A DNA stretch of 64,000 nucleotides from an uncultured Pelagibacteraceae bacterium (GTDB lineage Bacteria > Pseudomonadota > Alphaproteobacteria > Pelagibacterales > Pelagibacteraceae). The position numbers and the translations under genes were made by a program. The number at the start of each line of letters is the position of its first letter. Positions within the stretch are counted from its first letter, which is position 1. The notes under the pieces were generated by a model. That model did not search any database. It was not told where the DNA came from and was given only the letters and a program-made list of their open reading frames with translations. The DNA lies in the NCBI GenBank assembly GCA_902560855.1, contig CACENJ010000003.1, forward strand, positions 16,180-80,179, given 5' to 3'. This document shows, piece after piece, positions 59,642 through 64,000 of this stretch.

Positions 59642-60511
59642 TTAATCTGATTTTGGTTTTATATTTCCAAAAAATTTAAAGAATTCGCTGTCTGGAGATA
59701 AAACTAAAGATGTGTCGCCACCAATTAAAGCTTTTTCATAAGCCTGCATTGCTCTGTAAAAAGCAAAAAATTCAGGATCTCTACCAAAAGCTTCGGCAAA
59801 AATTTTATTTCTTTGACCATCTCCTTCACCTTTCATAATTTCAGAATTTTTATTTGCTTCCGCTAGTATTACCGCCACTTCTTTGTCTGCAGTAGAAGTA
59901 ATAGTTACTGCCATTTCTGCACCTTTTGCTCTAAATTCTTTTGCTTCTCTTTCCCTTTCAGTCTGCATTCTTCTATATATTGCTTCACTGTTAGCTTGAG
60001 GCAAATCTGCTCTTTTAATTCTCACATCTACTATTTTAATACCAAACTTTTCAGCTTCATTATTTACACCATCTTGTATTAATGACATTTGTTTGGTTCT
60101 GTCTTCAGATAATAATGTCTGTAATCTCTGTGTTCCTAAAACACTTCTTATTCTTGAGTTTATAATTGTTGCCAACCTTGATCTTGCAACTCTTTCGTTT
60201 CCAACAGAAATATAAAATTTTAGTGGATCAATAATTTGAAATCTTGCAAAAGCATCTACTATTAATCTTTTTTGATCTGAAGCAATGACTTCTTCTGGTG
60301 GAGCATCTAAATTTAAAATTCTTTTATCTAAAAAAACTACATTCTGAATAAACGGAATTTTAAAATTTAAACCGGGTTTTGTAATAATTCTTTTTGGATC
60401 ACCAAACTGTAATACGATTGCTTGATTAATTTCTTTTACTACAAAAATTGAAAAGAAAGCTGTTAAAGCTAAAACAAAAATGATTGGTAATAAAATTCTT
60501 CCTGCTTTCAT
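59642..60511 (-). CDS. hflC: FtsH modulator HflC
   Basis: SPFH domain; DQKRLIVDAFAR, RIKRADLP, RMQTERERE, DPEFFAFYR. Confidence 0.96.
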   Translation of the reverse strand: MKAGRILLPIIFVLALTAFFSIFVVKEINQAIVLQFGDPKRIITKPGLNFKIPFIQNVVFLDKRILNLDAPPEEVIASDQKRLIVDAFARFQIIDPLKFYISVGNERVARSRLATIINSRIRSVLGTQRLQTLLSEDRTKQMSLIQDGVNNEAEKFGIKIVDVRIKRADLPQANSEAIYRRMQTEREREAKEFRAKGAEMAVTITSTADKEVAVILAEANKNSEIMKGEGDGQRNKIFAEAFGRDPEFFAFYRAMQAYEKALIGGDTSLVLSPDSEFFKFFGNIKPKSD

Positions 60512-61606
60512 TTAATTTGTCCTTTTCTTAAGTTCTGGCAATGGCAGATAAGGAACAACTCCTGATCCTGCATTTTTGTCTATAATTACTTTGTCTATAT
60601 CTGCTAAAACTTTTTCCATAGTTTCTAAATACATTCTTTCTTGTGTTACTTCTTTTGCTTTTGCATACTCAGTATATATTGCTAAAAATCTACTTGCTTC
60701 ACCTTCGGCTCTTGCAACAACTTCTTTCTTATAAGCTTCAGCAGCTTGCAAAATTTTTGCAGCCTCTCCACGTGCTCTTGGTATTACATCGTTAGCATAA
60801 GCTTGTGCTTCATTTTTAGATCTCTCCATATCTGCTCTTGCGGCTTGAACATCTCTGAACGCATCTATAACTTGATCTGGCGGGTCAGCTTTTTGGGTTT
60901 GTACTTGTGTTACCTGAATTCCACTATTGTATTCATCTAAAATATTTTGAATAATTTCTTGAGTATCTATTTCTATTCTAGATCTACCTTCTGTTAAAAT
61001 TGGTTGAATATCGCTTCTTGCTATAACTTCTCTCATTGCTGTTTCCGCAGCTGCTTTAACAGTTCCTTGAGGGTCTTGAATTTTAAATAAAAAAAATCCT
61101 GCATCTTTAATTACCCAAAAAACAGAAAAATCAATGTTTACAATATTTTCATCACCAGTTAGCATTAAACTTTCTTCTGGAACATCTGCAACTCCGCCTG
61201 AAGAAAAACCACTATCTGCTCCAGATCTAAAACCAACATCCATTCTATTTACTTTTGTTACTTTTGGTGTAAGTACTGATTCAATTGGGTATGGAAAATG
61301 ATAATTTAATCCTGGTTGAGTTGTTTTAACAAATTTTCCAAATCTTAATACTACTCCTTGTTCATCTGGCAATACTCTATATAATCCACTCGCTACCCAA
61401 ACCACTGCCAAAATAACTAAAGCTAAAATTATTGGTTTGCCACCTTTTGCCCCTCTACCAGGCATAAATTTATTTATAGTGCTTTGTATTTTTCTTATAA
61501 TTTCGTCTATGTCAGGTGGAGTTGGACCTCTTCCTGAACCATTTCCTCCTCCTCCTGGAGGAGCTCCCCATGGACTACCGCCTCTGCTTTTAAAATCATC
61601 AACCAT
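60512..61606 (-). CDS. hflK: FtsH modulator HflK
   Basis: PWG..PPDIDE N-terminus, MLTGDENIV, DAFRDVQAA, ERMYLETME. Confidence 0.96.
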   Translation of the reverse strand: MVDDFKSRGGSPWGAPPGGGGNGSGRGPTPPDIDEIIRKIQSTINKFMPGRGAKGGKPIILALVILAVVWVASGLYRVLPDEQGVVLRFGKFVKTTQPGLNYHFPYPIESVLTPKVTKVNRMDVGFRSGADSGFSSGGVADVPEESLMLTGDENIVNIDFSVFWVIKDAGFFLFKIQDPQGTVKAAAETAMREVIARSDIQPILTEGRSRIEIDTQEIIQNILDEYNSGIQVTQVQTQKADPPDQVIDAFRDVQAARADMERSKNEAQAYANDVIPRARGEAAKILQAAEAYKKEVVARAEGEASRFLAIYTEYAKAKEVTQERMYLETMEKVLADIDKVIIDKNAGSGVVPYLPLPELKKRTN

Positions 61607-61655
61607 GACAATGTATATAATGTCTTTATAAAGAAAAACAAGTTAAGATAGGGCT

Positions 61656-62480
61656 ATGCCAAAGGAAAAACCTGTATTAAGTGACGCAATGAGAAAAAAA
61701 ATGGGTGGCAAAACCTTTGAAAAAAACCCAATCAAGGGAACAAAATATACCATTGCAATATCTAGTGCAAAAGGTGGGGTTGGCAAATCAACTTTTGCTT
61801 CAAATATTGCATTAGCATTAAAAAAAATTGGGTGCAAAGTAGGTTTGTTAGATGCTGATATTTATGGACCATCTTTGCCTAAATTATTTTCAATAAATGA
61901 AAAGCCAAGTAGTGATGGCAAAACCTTAACTCCAATAATAAAATACGACATACAATGTATGTCCATTGGATTTTTAACTGAAGAACAAACTCCAATGATA
62001 TGGCGCGGTCCTATGGTAACTAGCGCGATTAAAACTTTTACTCAAAAAGTTATGTGGAATAATTTAGATTTTATTATTGTTGATATGCCTCCAGGAACAG
62101 GAGATACACAATTAACATTCTCACAAGAAATTAAAATGGATGGAGTAATCATTGTTTCAACTCCGCAAGAACTCGCTCTTCAAGATGTAAAAAGAGGAAT
62201 CAAAATGTTTGATAAACTTGGAATTAATATTATTGGTTTAATTGATAATATGAGTCATTTTACTGGAGATGATGGAAAAAAATATCCAATATTTGGGGAA
62301 GGAGGAGTCAAAAGAACTGCGAATGAATTTAATAAAGAATTTTTAGGAGAAATACCAATTAATCCTGAAGTAGGAAAACAAGGAGATCTTGGAAAACCGA
62401 TCGTAGAAAGCAACCCTGATCATCAAATATCAAAAACTTTTGTAAATTTAGCTAAAAAAATTAAATCTATTTATTCTTAA
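61656..62480 (+). CDS. mrp: Mrp/NBP35 (ApbC) Fe-S cluster carrier ATPase
   Basis: SAKGGVGKST, DADIYGPS, IWRGPM, DMPPGTGD, STPQ. Confidence 0.93.
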   Translation: MPKEKPVLSDAMRKKMGGKTFEKNPIKGTKYTIAISSAKGGVGKSTFASNIALALKKIGCKVGLLDADIYGPSLPKLFSINEKPSSDGKTLTPIIKYDIQCMSIGFLTEEQTPMIWRGPMVTSAIKTFTQKVMWNNLDFIIVDMPPGTGDTQLTFSQEIKMDGVIIVSTPQELALQDVKRGIKMFDKLGINIIGLIDNMSHFTGDDGKKYPIFGEGGVKRTANEFNKEFLGEIPINPEVGKQGDLGKPIVESNPDHQISKTFVNLAKKIKSIYS

Positions 62481-64000
62481 TCTTTTTCAAATTGATTAGA
62501 GTAGTCTTTTTTTAATGATTGGTCTTGATATTTTTTTTCGAGAAAACAATTCCCAATAACTAAAACTTCCATTTCATTGCCCATAAAACAATTAAATGCC
62601 TCTTTTGGGGTATTTACTATAGGTTCTCCTCTAACATTAAAAGATGTGTTTACAAGAACTGGGCAATTTGTTTTTTCTTTAAATTTTTTTATTAATTTAT
62701 AGTATTTTATATTTGTTTCCTTATGAACAGTTTGAATTCTTGCTGAATAATCAACATGAGTAACTGCAGGAATTTCTGATCTTTTAACATTTAGCTTATC
62801 TATTCCAAAAAGTTTTTTTTGATCTTCTGACATATTTTTTTTTATTTTTGAGTTAACTTCTGCAACAAGCAACATGTAAGGGCTGTCATAACTTAGTTCG
62901 AACCAATCTTCCAAATCTTCTCTTAATACTGAAGGTGCAAATGGTCTAAAACTTTCTCTGTATTTAACTTTAAGATTAAGATTTTTTTGCATAGATTCTG
63001 ACTTAGGATTTCCCAAAATAGATCTTCCACCTAATGCCCTGGGACCAAATTCCATTCTACCTTGAAACCAACCAATTGCTTTATCTTCTGCTAAACTTTC
63101 AGCAGTTTTATCAATTAATTCTTCCTCATTTAAAACATTAAATTTTGCTCCTAAATTTTTTAATTCATTTTCAATATTCGACTGGGAATATTCAGGACCT
63201 AGGTAGGATCCGTGCATTGCGTCGCTTGAAAGACTTTTTCTATCTTTATTTAATTCCAAATGCCAAAAAGCTAAAGCGGCTCCTAAAGATCCTCCGGCGT
63301 CACCGGCAGCTGGTTGTATCCAAATATTTTTAAATATATTTTCTTTAAGAATTTTTCCATTAGCAACACAATTTAAAGCAACACCCCCAGCTAAACATAA
63401 ATTATTGATCTTATATTCTTCCTTTAAAGATTTTGATAATTTCAACATTATTTCTTCAGTAACTTTCTGAATGGAAGCTGCTATATCCATATGAAATTGT
63501 GTTATTTTTTCATTATTTGGATCTCTAGGATTTTGACCAAATAAATTATGAAATTTGTTGCTAGTCATTGTGAGACCAGTTGTATAATTAAAAAAACTTT
63601 GATCTAATCTAAAACTTCCATCATCTTTTATATCGATTAAATTATTTGCTATTTTATCTATATACTTTGGTTCGCCATAAGGAGCTAATCCCATTAATTT
63701 GTACTCACCACTATTTACTTTAAATCCAATGTAATAAGTAAAAGCTGAATATAGAAGGCCAAGAGAATGGGGGAAATGTATTTCTTTTTTTATTTCTAAA
63801 TCTTTGCCTTTTCCTATAGCAACAGTAGTTGTCGCCCACTCACCAACACCATCTGCGGTAAGTATTATTGCTTCTTCAAAAGGCGAAGGAAAAAAAGCGC
63901 TTGCTGCATGACTTAAATGATGCTCTGAAAATAATATTTTTTTTTCATTATTAAAATTTTTTTCATGTTCGTTTAAAAAATTTATAAGCATTTTTTTTTG
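62477..64000 (-). CDS. NodU/CmcH-family carbamoyltransferase (5' end outside window)
   Basis: EHHLSHAASAF, DGVGE, HSLGLLYS, GEYKLMGLAPYG, AGGVALNCVANG, EFGPRALGGRS, NTSFN. Frame is open to the window edge. Confidence 0.92.
   Translation of the reverse strand, partial: QKKMLINFLNEHEKNFNNEKKILFSEHHLSHAASAFFPSPFEEAIILTADGVGEWATTTVAIGKGKDLEIKKEIHFPHSLGLLYSAFTYYIGFKVNSGEYKLMGLAPYGEPKYIDKIANNLIDIKDDGSFRLDQSFFNYTTGLTMTSNKFHNLFGQNPRDPNNEKITQFHMDIAASIQKVTEEIMLKLSKSLKEEYKINNLCLAGGVALNCVANGKILKENIFKNIWIQPAAGDAGGSLGAALAFWHLELNKDRKSLSSDAMHGSYLGPEYSQSNIENELKNLGAKFNVLNEEELIDKTAESLAEDKAIGWFQGRMEFGPRALGGRSILGNPKSESMQKNLNLKVKYRESFRPFAPSVLREDLEDWFELSYDSPYMLLVAEVNSKIKKNMSEDQKKLFGIDKLNVKRSEIPAVTHVDYSARIQTVHKETNIKYYKLIKKFKEKTNCPVLVNTSFNVRGEPIVNTPKEAFNCFMGNEMEVLVIGNCFLEKKYQDQSLKKDYSNQFEKD

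Noticed and set aside
59642-61606. Functional link between the HflKC SPFH proteins and the flotillin-rhodopsin operon
   Set aside because: hflK-hflC-DUF2065-degP is an ordinary conserved alphaproteobacterial arrangement about 57 kb away.

Overview
AT-rich (roughly 30% GC by eye), gene-dense alphaproteobacterial chromosome segment. Its gene content and tiny intergenic spaces are typical of SAR11/Pelagibacterales. The right third (43-64 kb) is housekeeping: msrB, rodA-mrdA-mreDCB, leuA, ilvCHI, miaA, degP, hflCK, mrp and a 5'-truncated carbamoyltransferase. The left two thirds hold accessory metabolism and transport. (i) An operon of a divergent proteorhodopsin paralog (DTT motif, Schiff-base Lys kept, remodelled retinal pocket), flotillin, an SCP2-like protein and an alpha/beta hydrolase, i.e. 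a flotillin-associated rhodopsin system with an apparent lipid-handling module. (ii) A TauD + PhnZ/TmpB-like HD oxygenase + choline-dehydrogenase-like cluster. (iii) A luciferase-like monooxygenase / Xsc-like / DUF1185 / hydrolase / ALDH catabolic operon resembling N-methylpyridinium-betaine (trigonelline-type) pathways. It is preceded by an extended -10 promoter and a structured leader with mutually exclusive P1 versus anti-SD folds (candidate orphan riboswitch). (iv) Two Liv-type ABC systems, one linked to PhyH and glaH/csiD. (v) A glycoside-hydrolase-like gene inserted between ~65-bp direct repeats. (vi) A passenger-less inverse-autotransporter barrel plus a secreted partner. I found no rRNA, tRNA, CRISPR array, IS or prophage genes. 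All functional calls come from motif recognition and recall, not database searches.
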